DNA of 64,000 nucleotides. Source: Mytilus trossulus (taxonomy: Eukaryota). Below are positions 12,612 through 25,271 of the stretch, one piece after another. The translations under genes were made by a program, and so were the position numbers. How positions within the stretch are numbered: the first letter of the stretch is position 1; the number at the start of each line of letters is the position of its first letter. Below the pieces are notes generated by a model that was given only the letters and a program-made list of their open reading frames with translations, was not told the origin of the DNA and made no database searches. The DNA lies in contig NC_086373.1 in assembly GCF_036588685.1 (NCBI RefSeq), positions 99,696,001-99,760,000 on the forward strand, in the 5' to 3' direction.

Positions 12612-13850
12612 ATACAAAGGCGTTCAGGAAAACAATGAAGCGTATACCAATTAAGAAATAATTCATGGGGGCTTGAATATATCGTGATTTTACCACGGGT
12701 TGGCCCTTTATGCAAAACATTTTACCCCTGAGCGATAGCGAGGGGTAAATATCGGCATTAAGGGACAACCGTGGTAAAATCACGATATATTCAAGCCCCC
12801 ATGAATTATTTCGATTCTAATAGGACAAATACGGCAATTCTTTTGGATCGAAGCGCCTTAGGTGAAGGCATTATTTGCCGTTCCCATAAATAAACGCACT
12901 TTTGAATTGACGTAAAAGAACAGAGCAAACTTTATAAATGGCATGCTTAAACTATTTACAATAACGTATTTAGATAGGTTTTGATGATTTTAAATTATAA
13001 CTTTACTATTTTGTTTTATATAGATGCAAACAATGGCTTATATAGCACATTTTTGCATCGTTTGTTTACGTTTCCTTGTTGTGATGATTTTGGCTTTCAC
13101 AAGCGTGTATTTTCCCGTAAAATGCTTATATTCTGACGTTAACGTTCTATGACGTCGGTAAGCTCATTCATAAAAAAACATTTGCCGTGGGAGTACGATT
13201 GGAACAGCCCATGCAATATATTCATATTTTACCACGGGTGTGTACTCAAAGCGTTTGAAGGACGTCATGTTAGAATAATACATAGCATAGATGTTGCTCT
13301 TTTATTTGATATGTAAGATCCTCAGGAAAACAAGTAAACGTATGTCAATGGCAATATTACATAGATCTTACCCTTTAATTTGGTATATAAGGCGCTTAGG
13401 AAAACAAGGAAGTGTAAATCAAAGACAACAATACATAGATGTTTCTATTCCATTTGATATATCGGAGCTCAGGAAAACAAGGAAGAGTCAATAATAACCT
13501 TACATAGATGTTTCCCGTGAACTTGGTATGAAAGGTCCTCAGGTAAACAAGTATAGGTATAGCAATGAAAATATGCAATATGTGACACTTTAATAAAATA
13601 ATCGTGATCTATCTTACCATATAATTATGTTTATATTAAATTTGGTATGTAAGGTGCACAGGAAAACAATGAAGCGTATATCAATGTAAACATTACAAAA
13701 ATCTCTATAATTTGGTATATAAGGCGCACAAAAAAAAACAAAAAACAAGGAAGCGTACGTATATCAATTTATCAATAATAACCTTACAAAGATGTTTCAA
13801 TTTGTTTTTGTCAATAAGGCTATGAGGAAAACAAGGAAGAGTACATATTT
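12612..13850. repeat. degenerate ~75-bp tandem array (caggaaaacaaggaag...catagatgtt) interrupted by a palindromic element
   Basis: The aggaaaacaa-anchored unit occurs at ~12626, 13324, 13398, 13471, 13541, 13660 and 13825. Confidence 0.75.
12652..13276. mobile_element. non-autonomous element with long terminal palindrome (Crypton-like architecture, tentative)
   Basis: Hairpin 12655-12812 (gaaataattcatgggggcttgaatatatcgtgattttaccacgg / ccgtggtaaaatcacgatatattcaagcccccatgaattatttc). A short inverted repeat attctaa...ttagaat bounds the body. It interrupts one tandem unit. Confidence 0.7.
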
Positions 13851-13864
13851 AATTACATGACATG

Positions 13865-14530
13865 ACAGAAAAGAAGCTATCGTTGTATTTTAACTTCACA
13901 TTCTTCTATATAGATGATGTCCTCTTACTAAATGATTAAAAGCTGGTGACTGCTGAACGCATCTATCAAATATAACTTTAAATGAAAGATACAACGAATA
14001 AAGTCAAGTCTGCCTCATATATTGACCTAAATCTAGACATAAACGAAACTTTATGACAATAGAAATGATTTCAGATATCCAATTGTGAACTTTTCATTTC
14101 CATATAGCACCATTTCAGCAACAGCTGCATATTGAGTATATATATCCAATTTAAAGCAAGAGTTCCAATTGGTGAATATCCGTTTAAATTAAATTTACGG
14201 ATCATATGACCAGTTGGTTGACAATTATGAAATATCTGTTTCACAGATGAACACAGGTATATTCCAATTCTTGTAACGTCAATCACGTTCTCTTTCCATT
14301 GAATGTGATCTATCGAATAAGTATTATCTCTAGGTTTTTACTTAAATGTGTATCACGTTAGGTACTTCCGGAGCATCAGAGATGAACCTGGTTTTGGTTT
14401 GGTTCATATTGCTCTTTTTCTATGTTGTGTTTCGTGTATTGTCATTTGTTTTTTCGTCGGTTTGTTTTTTGCCATGATATTTGTCTGATTGTTTTAGAAT
14501 TATAAGTTTGAATATCCTTTTTTATCCTTT
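13865..14530 (+). mobile_element. older decayed copy of the Penelope-like element
   Basis: Reads EKKLSLYFNFTFFYIDDVLLLN...KDTTNKVKSASYIDLNLDI...KLYDNRNDFRYPIVNF with stops, followed by the same 3' tail as 9821-10130. Confidence 0.8.
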
Positions 14531-15129
14531 ATGGTACATCCCAATAAATTACAAACAAGAGCATACAGTTCGTATTTCCTTTTTCTTTGTATTGCCCAGT
14601 GTTATTTTGATTCAATTTCTATTTTGTGCATGTTTTTGCAACAACAAAAATAAACGCATAATCTGTCAAGATATGTATTTTGATACAGCAGCGTTTCATG
14701 TAAATTGAAAAACATGTTTACACTTGCGTTCTTGGAGAAATTATTCAGAAATGATTAGCAGGAAAAGTGTGAATTTGCATTGCTATACGACGTGTCTCTG
14801 TATTTTGTACATCTAAAAGAGGGACGAAAGACACCAAAGGGACACTCGTGTATTTATTTTTGATGAATCTGTTATTGTTGCGGTTGGATAACGTGTTATA
14901 TCTTATTATAAAGTTGTCTTTCTATTCCAGCATTGTCTTAAAATTGTGAGGACGAGTATTGAGAAATTAATTTTATAAAGTTCCAGATTGCATGTTAGTT
15001 ACGAAAGCGCGTCAATGTTTATGATATCGTGTGGTGTCTGTCTTTGATGGAATATATTCGATGTTGTATCGACTATTATATTAGTTGTTTGTGCGTTTCT
15101 CTGTGATGAATGTTCTTCCGTGTGTTTGA

Positions 15130-15460
15130 GCTGTATTTCGGTCACGTAGTATTGTCATTTAAGCGATATTTTTTTAACATTGTGAAAAAGAAGGCGATTC
15201 GGCTAGCCATCAAACCAGGTTTAACCTTCACGATTATTATTAAAAGGTACTAACCAAGTCAGGTTATGGCAGTTGTTATCAAATAGTTCGTTTCTTTGTA
15301 TGTTAGTGTTTGTTTTTGTTGCGTTTCAGTTTTCTTGTTGTTCCTTTGTTTTCCGCTTTAAGTTGATGTATTTCCCTCGGTTCTAGTTTGTAAGCCGGAT
15401 GTGTTGTCTGTCATTCGATTTGTGACTTTTGAATACCGGTATACTACAGTTTCCTTTATT
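15130..15460 (+). mobile_element. decayed interspersed repeat, family of 29320-29797
   Basis: Contains ggctagccatcaaaccaggtttaacc...accaagtcagg and the tail ...ggtatactacagtttcctttattt. Confidence 0.6.
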
Positions 15461-16665
15461 TTTCATACTTTAAGAGTTATATTTCATTTAATGCTGATGT
15501 TTCATGTTTACCAGGGATGTTCACCTGTAACGTTAACATATGTAAATGTGTGAGTTACTGCTCTACAACAAACTGATTTTATTAGATAATTATTGAATAA
15601 AATTGTCTTTCGCAAAATAAGTGCAATAAATAAATGTTTATGCTCATGTACTAGACTTTATTTTTGCAATGTCATAGAAAGACGGAAACTGTGATGAAAC
15701 AAACACCAACATTGACGTTTTTAATCATTGCTCTGTCTTCGAAATGCCAATTTAGGACATGCATTGCTTGTCAAAACAATTTTATGAAATCAGCACTAAG
15801 GAATTAAATATTATTTCGTTGCATTTTTTTCCTAAAGAAAATTACTTTACTTTGAAATGTCAAAATAACAGAAATTTTATTGATTTTCTGGGGAATGCAA
15901 TTAGTGCTTTCAATTAAAGATTCACTTGTCTGAAAGCTAACTTTACAATTTAACAAAATAAACTCTCCGTATTAAATTGAACTTTATTTCAATATGGTTT
16001 ATGTGCAATTGATGTAATTCTTTGCAAAGCCATACACACTATGTTTTAACACATACGCCATATGTCTTTTTATTCGTTAGGTTTTGAATAGATAAGAATT
16101 GGTCAATAATGACGGGTACTCGTCGTTCCAACCTCATTAAAAACATGATAATTTGAGTCATAACAGCTTCTCATCTGGCATAAGAACACAGTTATTTCGT
16201 AGTGCATTTCTTTTAGACAATAAATGGAAATTTAATAGAATTCCACCTGAGCTTTTTCAATAATATTTTTACAGTGTGGTGTACTAATTTTTAGACAAAT
16301 TATATAAAAATTATAGAAAACTTCAACAATTATCTCTAACCCAAAATCCGGACAATTTCATGTTAATGTGGTCTTGAATTCTCTGACAGCTAGCAAAATG
16401 CTAATTATTAACGTTTTTTCTAGCTGGACCAAATTACTACTCTACTTAAAAACTACTGATCAAAATTGTTTAACAGTGTAGAACTTTATACAGTGTAGGG
16501 TTTTACAATGTAGCTTCATATTTGCTATTTGAGGAATCAAACATGAAGAAATATATTCGAAAAGGAAATTTAAGAAATGGCAACTAACAAAACGTCTACA
16601 ATGGGGACTGTAAAGGGACAACAACTGTGTTCCTGGACCATCCTGTTGAAAGCGCATATCGATAC

Positions 16666-16695
16666 CTGGCGGGGGTGGATGTGGTACAGCGGATT
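16666..16695 (-). other. candidate 30-nt exon (alternative donor at 16589)
   Basis: Acceptor ttttgtttattttag| then a GC-rich patch. Donor is CAG|gtatcg, or TTT|gttagt giving ESAVPHPPPPGIDMRFQQDGPGTQLLSLYSPHCRRF. Confidence 0.35.
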
Positions 16696-18199
16696 CTAAA
16701 ATAAACAAAAAATACCACTGTGTTTATCATACAAAAGGAGACCATTGCATGATAATTAATTTGCATAACATTGAGCTGTTGCAATGTTTCAACGCCTGTT
16801 GCATGATTATTATCAATGTTGACAACTGAAAGGCACCATGTCTGAGGTACTAATAATAAATTATGTTAATAATCTCAAGAACCAGTTGTGCGACATGACT
16901 GTGGTAATAAACAATATTGATAATATAGAACTCCTAAATGTTTATTACAATCAAGGTTAAAATTTTATTGATTATATCGTGAACTATTAGTCCAATCCGA
17001 GTTAGGTCATTAATTTTGTCGATAACACTGGAAAAAAAAATCAAATTGGATGTAACGCGTCTTATCATTGGCTGACAGTGTTTTGTCTATCAAATAATAG
17101 ACATAATTTAGTCATGTGACCGTGACTTCATCATCGTTTTTTCATGATTTGTTCATTTGAACTATCAGTCTTACAAGACTGATGGTAATAATTCACGTTG
17201 ATAAGACCAGTAGGTAACAGTCAACTTTGACTGAGGAAGTTATCCTGGGAACAGACAATTTAACAAGGCATGGGTAATTCCTTATGCTGATGATATTGGA
17301 ATAATGACAGTTCATTGTGACCACGGCTATTTTTTTGTCTTGGTGATCTCGGGAACTGCATGATAGTCGAACATGACCGTGGTGATTAATTCTTTGATTG
17401 ATCAAGATAAATAGTAAATAGTCCTTTTAGGATAAGGTAATTATTTCTCCTGGAGATATCTGGAATTGACAGTCCACTTTGCCGATTTTCATTATATCAA
17501 TTCATCATTACTGATATTATCTACCGTGAATGGTACTATTTTGACTTTATTGGTATAACTTAACCCGAATAATCTACGATTAATAATCGCTAATCTACAA
17601 AGAGACATCGATAACGGGAAGGGACTTAATTATTCGGGCTAGGCATAACTTAACATGCTTGAGAATTTAAGTCCTAAGGTAACCTATGTAAAGGAGTCTA
17701 AAAGTCAAGTATGACTTGGGGAGAAATAGAGACAGAAATAATCAAAACAAAAATGCATATGTCGAAGCTAATTCGACAATATAAAAGTAAAGAGATGAGG
17801 TTTGATAGCATGCAAGTGAGAAAAAGCGTCTACCAGATTATAAATACAAGCAACTATAGGTCACCATACGACCTTCAAAAAACGAATGGACCAGCAACAG
17901 CATACAAAAAACGTTCTATAAAACTAATTACTGCTCAATAGCAATCCCACAAAATAATAGTTGTTGATCTCTGGTGCACTTAAAGTGTAAACCCATCCTT
18001 CAACACATCTGACATCTGACACGTTAGTACACTTTCGGTTAGATATGTTCATCATCTGATTTAACAGTTCATAAATAGAGGACCGGACTTTTGGTTACGT
18101 CAATTGGCACATATCTTGCGTTATTTATGTCACAGATATTATATTATAATAAACCATATCGTGTATGCGTCCGTAAAAAAATGGATTCAATGATTTTAA

Positions 18200-18771
18200 A
18201 GGAGTAGGTCCGGTAAGGGCTGATTTTGGCCTCAAATTTCAGGTTCATCTGACGAAAGATTTTGGACAACACTTTTTATACACTTAAGGGTCTATCTCAG
18301 TTGATGCAATTAGTTCATGTGAAAGATGTTAACTGATTTAGTCATTAAAAACTCTCCGATTCAAGCTTAAATATGAAAAATCTATCAAATATGCCAACAA
18401 TTTTTACTTGTCAGATGTTTTTGTTAAAAATGAAAGTGTTTTCATACTCAACCTTTATATATGTAATGAATTATCATAAAATACAACTTACATTTCAGTA
18501 TTAAGAATGAACACAAATGCAGTCACTTTCATTTAAGAAGAAAACCGTCTAAAATTTAACTAAAATGCTAAAATTGTGAAGACTTCAATAATTTAGCATG
18601 ACTTCGTGAAGCTAGTAACCGATAAATGTGCATTGTATTGTTAAAAGCAGCCCATATTTATGTGGCAGACGCTTTCTTCTTTCCAATAAATAAATAAAAG
18701 TTTACATTTTAACAATTTTGTAAAACTACTATATTTTTGGGTCAAAAAGGAGTCTTACTGGACCTACTCCT
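18200..18771. mobile_element. Kolobok-like MITE
   Basis: TIR aggagtaggtccggtaag / cttactggacctactcct. Flanks are TTAA and TTAC (degenerate TTAA TSD). Confidence 0.8.
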
Positions 18772-20592
18772 TTACCACACAGAAACTCTTTGTTCAGCAG
18801 CTCCCTTGTAAATATCAGTCTTTTATCAAACAAATCATTATATGAAACGCTACTTTTGGAAAATCGTAAAGGTAGGGGGTATTCACTGCATATAATGGTT
18901 CTACTGGAATGTTGTTGTGTTGAAATGAATTATCACTGATATGGTCATAATCGTAAGAAAGCTGTTTACAAAACTTTGATTTTTTGAAATTCTAAGGTTT
19001 TTCTCTTTGTCTTTTTAATGTTAATGGAACATCGATAAACTATTGTTGTCAAATAGTCGTCTAGTTTATTTAAATTAAAACACCTTTATGTCATGTTCAA
19101 GATGTAAGTCGAGATATCAGATATACTTAACTGCATAAGTGATATCCTTTACTTTAAAGTTTGACAGAACAGATGTATTCAATAAAATCGGCAAACTTTG
19201 AATTTTTGAGTGAGAGTATGACAATGTTAAGTATTTAGAGTAATTAAACGGAGAATATTTGATTAAATTGTCAGGTCAAATCCTGAGTTAACGTTTGCAT
19301 TTAATTAATTCACAATTGTAGATTGCAATGCATTCCGGGTGGCTTTTCTAATAGGTACAACAGAATGATGTGATAAGTCCTTAATAATGGAAATTCATCT
19401 TATAACGAAACCTTACATTTACTCTAGTGTAAAAACACTGAAGCTACCCATAATTGTTTGAATTCTGAAAATTAAAAGCCATAAGCCAGATATTTTAAAA
19501 ACGGTCAAATAAGACATGATGTGTCATTATTATGAGCATTTCTTATTTAAACATTTTGTGCAGACGTTATTGACAAGGATATGCTGAGACTTTGAAATTT
19601 ACAAGCACCTGCAGATCATTTATAGTTGTTGATCATGTATTCCAAAATTGGTACTATGTGGTCGTTTTCCTTTGACAAAACAAGAAAACTATAACTATAC
19701 ACTGTAGTTGTCAATTTCAATTAGACTTGCAGTTGCACTATGCATTAGAATTAATAACACGCAGTTAAGAAGTGTGCTAAATTCGTAGTCAAAGGATTGA
19801 TAAGGATTTAATTTTGTTTCCATTCGTGTAAAAGCTTTTTACGATACCCATCAATTGACTTTTAACCTTAATATGACGTAGATTATTTTACTGTTTCCAA
19901 TGATATTGATAATGAATGATTATTAAGTTCTATTATTTTCTATAATTTGTCTACAATCTCTCAGAAAATAAATATAAAATGTCACTCTTTATTGAAATAT
20001 GTAATATCTCTCCTAATTTGACCTGATTTAATCAATTTATGTTTATAAAAGGAAACACATGATGGGACAAAAATAAACAGAACCTCTGGTAAAAGTCAAT
20101 AGTTTTATCTACAGAATGCATCACGTTTATCCATGCAATAGTACTATGAAAAAGAATCTAAAATACAAAAACGTGAATCAAAACCCACAAGTCAAAGAAT
20201 GACCGACAAAACCAGAATAGGAGATGATGGGATATAAATCAATATAAAACAAATCATCATTATGTCAACTTATGTCTTCACTGTAACATCATTCAATTCG
20301 TGGGTCCAATTTTTCTAGGTCTAAATGAGTTTACCATAGTCTATATAAAAAGAAAATGTGGTTTGATTGTCAGAGACCTAATGACGTGGAAATTAGCAAA
20401 ATCAATACCGCACAAAAGCTATAAAAGGTCCCGAAATCACGAATGTAATACAAATCAAACCAGAAAACTAACGGCCTGATTTATACCAAATCAATTTACG
20501 ATCAACAAATATGACATGTCAATTGAATTACAAATAAGTACATAGGAGAATGAACAAATATTTTAAAGATGTTTTAGATCAAATAATCTATA

Positions 20593-21265
20593 TAGAGAAT
20601 AATACATGGCAAAATCCGTATCATATGTCGTATCATCCCGTGACATCAATATCAGCCCAAAGGCCTTTAGGTCCGAGGGATGATATTGGTCGAGGGTGAT
20701 ACGGCATGTGATACGGATTTTGCCATGTATTATACGCTTTATCATATATTTCAACATAAAAGTATCATATTATATGAACTGTTTTCTGATCCATAGCACT
20801 GGGTTACCTTCAGTTCTACTTTTGTCTTGTTTCAAAGGCCTCAAAAGAACTGCTCAATTACTTATCCGATGCACCTTACAATTTGCGTGCTGTTGTTTTA
20901 AAAAAAAAATTGTTTATATTGTATTTGTTTGTGTGTTTTGTACTTTTTATAGTTGCATTTAGTGTGCCAAAAATATGAAAACTTGACCTTCGTGACATCA
21001 CATACAATATAGAAAACATACCAAATAATGACGTTATTAAAAAAAATGACCTATTTTGAGGAAATTTTTTCTTGAGCCAAAAAAGATAAAACTGACTTTA
21101 TGTAAAAAAAAAAAAAAAAAAAAAGTAGGGGTGTGATAAAAGGTAGGGGTGTGATAAAGGGTATGCGATAAAGGGTGATCATCAAAGTCGCGCGATATGG
21201 ATTAAACAGCAAGCTATTTATCACATATGCAAAACTACTGTATTTACTACTAAACATATGATAAA
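20593..21265. mobile_element. second long-palindrome element
   Basis: Hairpin 20599-20733 (ataatacatggcaaaatccgtatca / tgatacggattttgccatgtattat). A short inverted repeat tttatcatat...atatgataaa bounds the body. Confidence 0.7.
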
Positions 21266-21689
21266 TTGATATTACAAATAACATAAATTAAAACTGCGGT
21301 AGAAAATACATAACAATGCAATATCAAAAACAACTGCCGATATAGATTACATTTCTGATAGTCAGAGTAAATCTTAGATCAATAGCGTTACGAAGGGTAG
21401 ATGCATGGGCCAAAATTAATAAAAACTCTCTGAAACTCAATTTTGGACAAAAAACGATACACAAGAAAAATTAAGTTTCATATTATATTAATGTGGTCTT
21501 AACTACAACTTCTTCACTGCGCGTAGTAAAGATTTAGATGAATTGCCTTAGACATTTTTTACATGAAACGTTGAAAACAATATACAGTATGTGAATATAG
21601 TAAGATGCTTTGGTATAATAAGAAAGCACTTCAACGACGAAATTACAAAAAGGCATATTGGGTTCAGTATACTGCTTGAAGCAAATTAA

Positions 21690-22260
21690 CTCATCATACA
21701 TACCAGGATTGAAATTTTGTATTTGCGCCATAAAAAAAATCCAAACACCAGTGACGCTTGAATCAAATACCGGAAGGTCAAATAAATTGTGAAGTTAAAT
21801 AGCATTGAGGCTTAAAAATTCATGAAGGTTTAAGGTTTTGCCAAATACAGCTAAGGTAATTTATATTTCAGAGGGTTACAAACCTAACATTTTAAAAATT
21901 AAGTTATGTAAAAAGTTAATTTACAATTATGAGCATATCAATAATAATTTATTTCAACACAGAAGTGCTGACTACTGGGCTGGTGGTATAATCGGGGAAT
22001 ATATACTCCATCAGCAGGGGAATCGACTAAGCGTTGTAAATGAACTCGTGGAGATACCAGGATTGAAATTTTGTATTTGCACCAGACGCGAGTTATGTAT
22101 ACTAAAGACTCATCAGTGATGCTCGAATTAAAAACAGTAAAGAAGACCAAATAAAGTTGAGGAACATTGCGGCCCAAAAAATCATTAATGTTTTGCCAAA
22201 TATAGCAATGGTAATTTATTCTTGAGGAAGATAAACTTTAGTTTTTCAATAATTAAAAAC
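21690..22260 (-). mobile_element. tandem (~1.6 copies, 354-nt period) hammerhead retrozyme-like repeat, decayed
   Basis: ataccaggattgaaattttgtatttgc occurs at 21700 and 22054. The minus strand reads gagcatcaCTGATGAgtctttagtatacataactcgcgtctggt, a hammerhead core with mutated stem II and GAAA. Confidence 0.7.
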
Positions 22261-22537
22261 ATTTAATTTTTACCCCAAAATTCCAAAATGCACTTAATTA
22301 AAGCACAAACAAAACAATAATAAACCATATGCGTACGGTAGATCGAGCAACAATAGAAAACCACTATACAATATCGTATAATAAACAGCTCACAACAACT
22401 GAAAGTTCAAGTTGTTCAACCAACTGATACATGATTATGCAATCTTACGTTGTAATCTAAGTCAGTGAGTGACTACATGTCACAATATATAATTGAGGGT
22501 AAATTATATGGCCTTCCAAATACCGTTTCGATCCTTG

Positions 22538-22581
22538 ACATCACTGAAGAGACATTTATTGTCGAAATCTAGATCTGGTGT
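22538..22581 (+). ncRNA. minimal type I hammerhead ribozyme, core intact
   Basis: acatca-CTGAAGA-gac(atttatt)gtc-GAAA-tctaga-TC^-tggtgt. Stem I is 6 bp, stem II is 3 bp, stem/loop III is palindromic, and the triplet is AUC. Predicted cleavage is after C22575. Confidence 0.8.
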
Positions 22582-24299
22582 ACAAAAAAATAATTTTTGA
22601 CACCTTGTGTTTGTGGCATAACATCGTGGCCACAAGTTAATTGTTTTCTGTTTAGTATTAAATTTATATTAAGATCCATTTTGTTACATCTTGTGATCAA
22701 TTTTATTTGGCAATCGCCAATGGCAGTCAACAGGGTTAAAGAACATCAGTTGTTCGACCTGTTAGTCAAATGCGTCTTTTGGAAAATGTTGTTTGTGCTG
22801 TATTAAGACACTTCTACAACGAAATATGTTTTACATGCACACGTATAAAAATTGCGGTTTTTATCCAACGCAATCATAGGTTTGAACGTAGATTTCAATT
22901 TATACTTGTATATATATATAAATTAATGTATTTTTTTTTGCACAGAAGTACGTGACCTCGAGCAATGTCCAAAACAACGTGTCATACGTTACAATACATA
23001 ATTTTAAATAGAACATTTTAGTGTTGCTTCAAACTATAAAATAGTGAATTAATCTTTACTTAAAAGAAATATCAGTAACAATGTTTGCAAATGTCTTTTG
23101 ATCATTCAAGTCTTAAACGACACGATTTCAAACAGACAATCATGGAAAAAGTTAAGAAAGTAGGAACCAAAGAAACATAACTATAAAGAAAGATAGGATT
23201 AATAATAAAACTCAGGCAAAACTAATAAAAACACGAATGTTGTCTGGTATCTTTGGTGAGTTTGCTTTAAAAGCATTTCGATAATATTGACAAATCTTAC
23301 AAACAAGTTACAATTCGATTTGGTATAACCATAAAAAGATTTGGACAATTAATGCAGAGAATCGTGGGTCGAAGAAGAATAGACAATATTGCCATAATGC
23401 GAAAAATTATAAGAACAGATGAACAATATCCATTTAAAAATATTACAATTGAATATTGGGCATTAGAAATCCAACTAACAACGCTGCAGTGGTGAGCATG
23501 CTTCCTACTCCTCTAGTGGTTACCGTACATTAATTAAGACATGAAGACCGTACAATGGAATGTGGGTTGTTATTTATCCATAGTTACTTGAAAATAACTA
23601 ATCACAAATTTCATCAGAATGGTATTACTTTCTTTCAAAATGGTATATAACAATTAATCTTACCCATATTATTTTAATAATTTTCATTATATGAAATATT
23701 GACTGTCTACAGAAAAGATTTCTAAATGAAAAAGGTCCAATGCAGTTTTATTGCTTTTTCCCGGAAACTTCATCAAACAGCAAAATATAAACAGGATGGA
23801 ATGTAATAAAAGTACGGCCATTGACTTCCTTTGATGTTTAGTTACCCATCAACATTGTTTTGCCACCTATGAAATGTGTTTGATTAACCATAATATCGAT
23901 GAAACTTTTATTGGTTTTAATTATTAACCGGATTCCAAATTGAAACAAGGAAATTGTTCGTCTGAAATAGACTATGCAGACTATGCATCGTATGAACATC
24001 AGTGAACTTGTTGAATCATAGATGTATGGTTTTATATATCTATGGTTGAAACGTTCTTTCATTATTGGTCTTACGTTACACGCTAAAGAACATTGTGTAT
24101 ACATATCCACAAATGAAGATATATATGTAATTTACATTCAGTCAGATTTTGGTAAAAATATTTTTTTACATCGTTAGGTTACATATTTAGGAAGGAGAAT
24201 AATACGATATCCAAAAAGGTGGGGTATGCATGGTGGATCAACAATGAGGAAGGGTGGGAAATATGGATTCCCTCATCAAAAATAAAATCAGAGGATAGT

Positions 24300-24870
24300 A
24301 TGGAACAGGACAACATTGTTTTTTTTACTTTCATAAGCTCACCAGTGTCATGAGATATGATCATATATGCATCGATGTGACAGAAATTGAACCTATCAAA
24401 AGTGTTGAAATGGGGTATAGACCTAGTATGCTCATTTGAACTTCTGACAGTGGGTGGTAAAAAGGGATGCTGCAGAAGGACAAACAGTGTAGGAATGGTT
24501 CTTTGGTCGAATTGGTTTAACTCCCCGTTTCCGATTGGACGTGGAAGCGTTTATTAACGAACTGACGTCCACCTTAAACATTGGCTTTCTCAGCAGTTGA
24601 TGTGAACATACTTCTTTATTATACCCCAGGTATCAATTTATAAATGAAATAAGTTCACAATATTTTCACTTTTTTCAAATTGTAAGCGCTGAACTGTTGG
24701 ATCGGTCAATAGTTTCCAACTATTGGACCTCAATGAAACTATTTGACAGCAAGTGTCATTGTATTTCGTGGCATTTACAATGCAGCTATGGGACTGGAGG
24801 ATGCTGAAATGACCGCTGGAGTAACGACGTCGTTTTTTTCCTATTGTATCTAGGTTGACCACAGTGCAGA
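24300..24870 (-). pseudogene. possible decayed DNA-transposon ORF N-terminus
   Basis: GC-richer patch reading CIVNATKYND...IVSLRSNSWKLL...YVHINC*...TVRSS...FNFC with several stops. The family resemblance is from memory only. Confidence 0.2.
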
Positions 24871-25003
24871 ACGTAGCCTTAGCATTTCAGAAAAATTGAT
24901 GAAGTAAACGTTAAACAGTATGGTTGTGTTTCCGCTTTTTATATTACGTTAGTTAATTTATCCATTTATTGTCTGTTGTCCTTTTTGATGTAATAAAAAA
25001 AAA

Positions 25004-25132
25004 CTGACTGGATATTCGTGGAATAGTAAGTTTATTGTCCCCTCTGATACAACTATTGCCCTCGCCTACGCCTCATGGAAATAGTTGCACCTCGGGGACA
25101 ATAAACTTACTGTTCCACTAATCAGTCAATAA
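25004..25132. repeat. third long palindrome
   Basis: Outer arms gtggaatagtaagtttattgtcccc / ggggacaataaacttactgttccac, inner arms caactatt / aatagttg, loop ccctcgcctacgcctcatgg. Confidence 0.8.
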
Positions 25133-25271
25133 GTACACATTACCCGACGTCAAACGGTTGAAACCTTGAATAATATGTAATGTTAATGTATATGCATATG
25201 TGTATCTCAATCTGTGGTTAACTTGTAATTGCTTTGACTAACAAAATTAAATACTTTGTTTTACTAAAACA

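Noticed and set aside
16589-16695. FGF-like reading (LLSLYSPHCRRF)
   Set aside because: No downstream FGF core exons were found, and the similarity is too short.
17280-17300. YADD motif as a reverse transcriptase
   Set aside because: No other RT motifs lie nearby.
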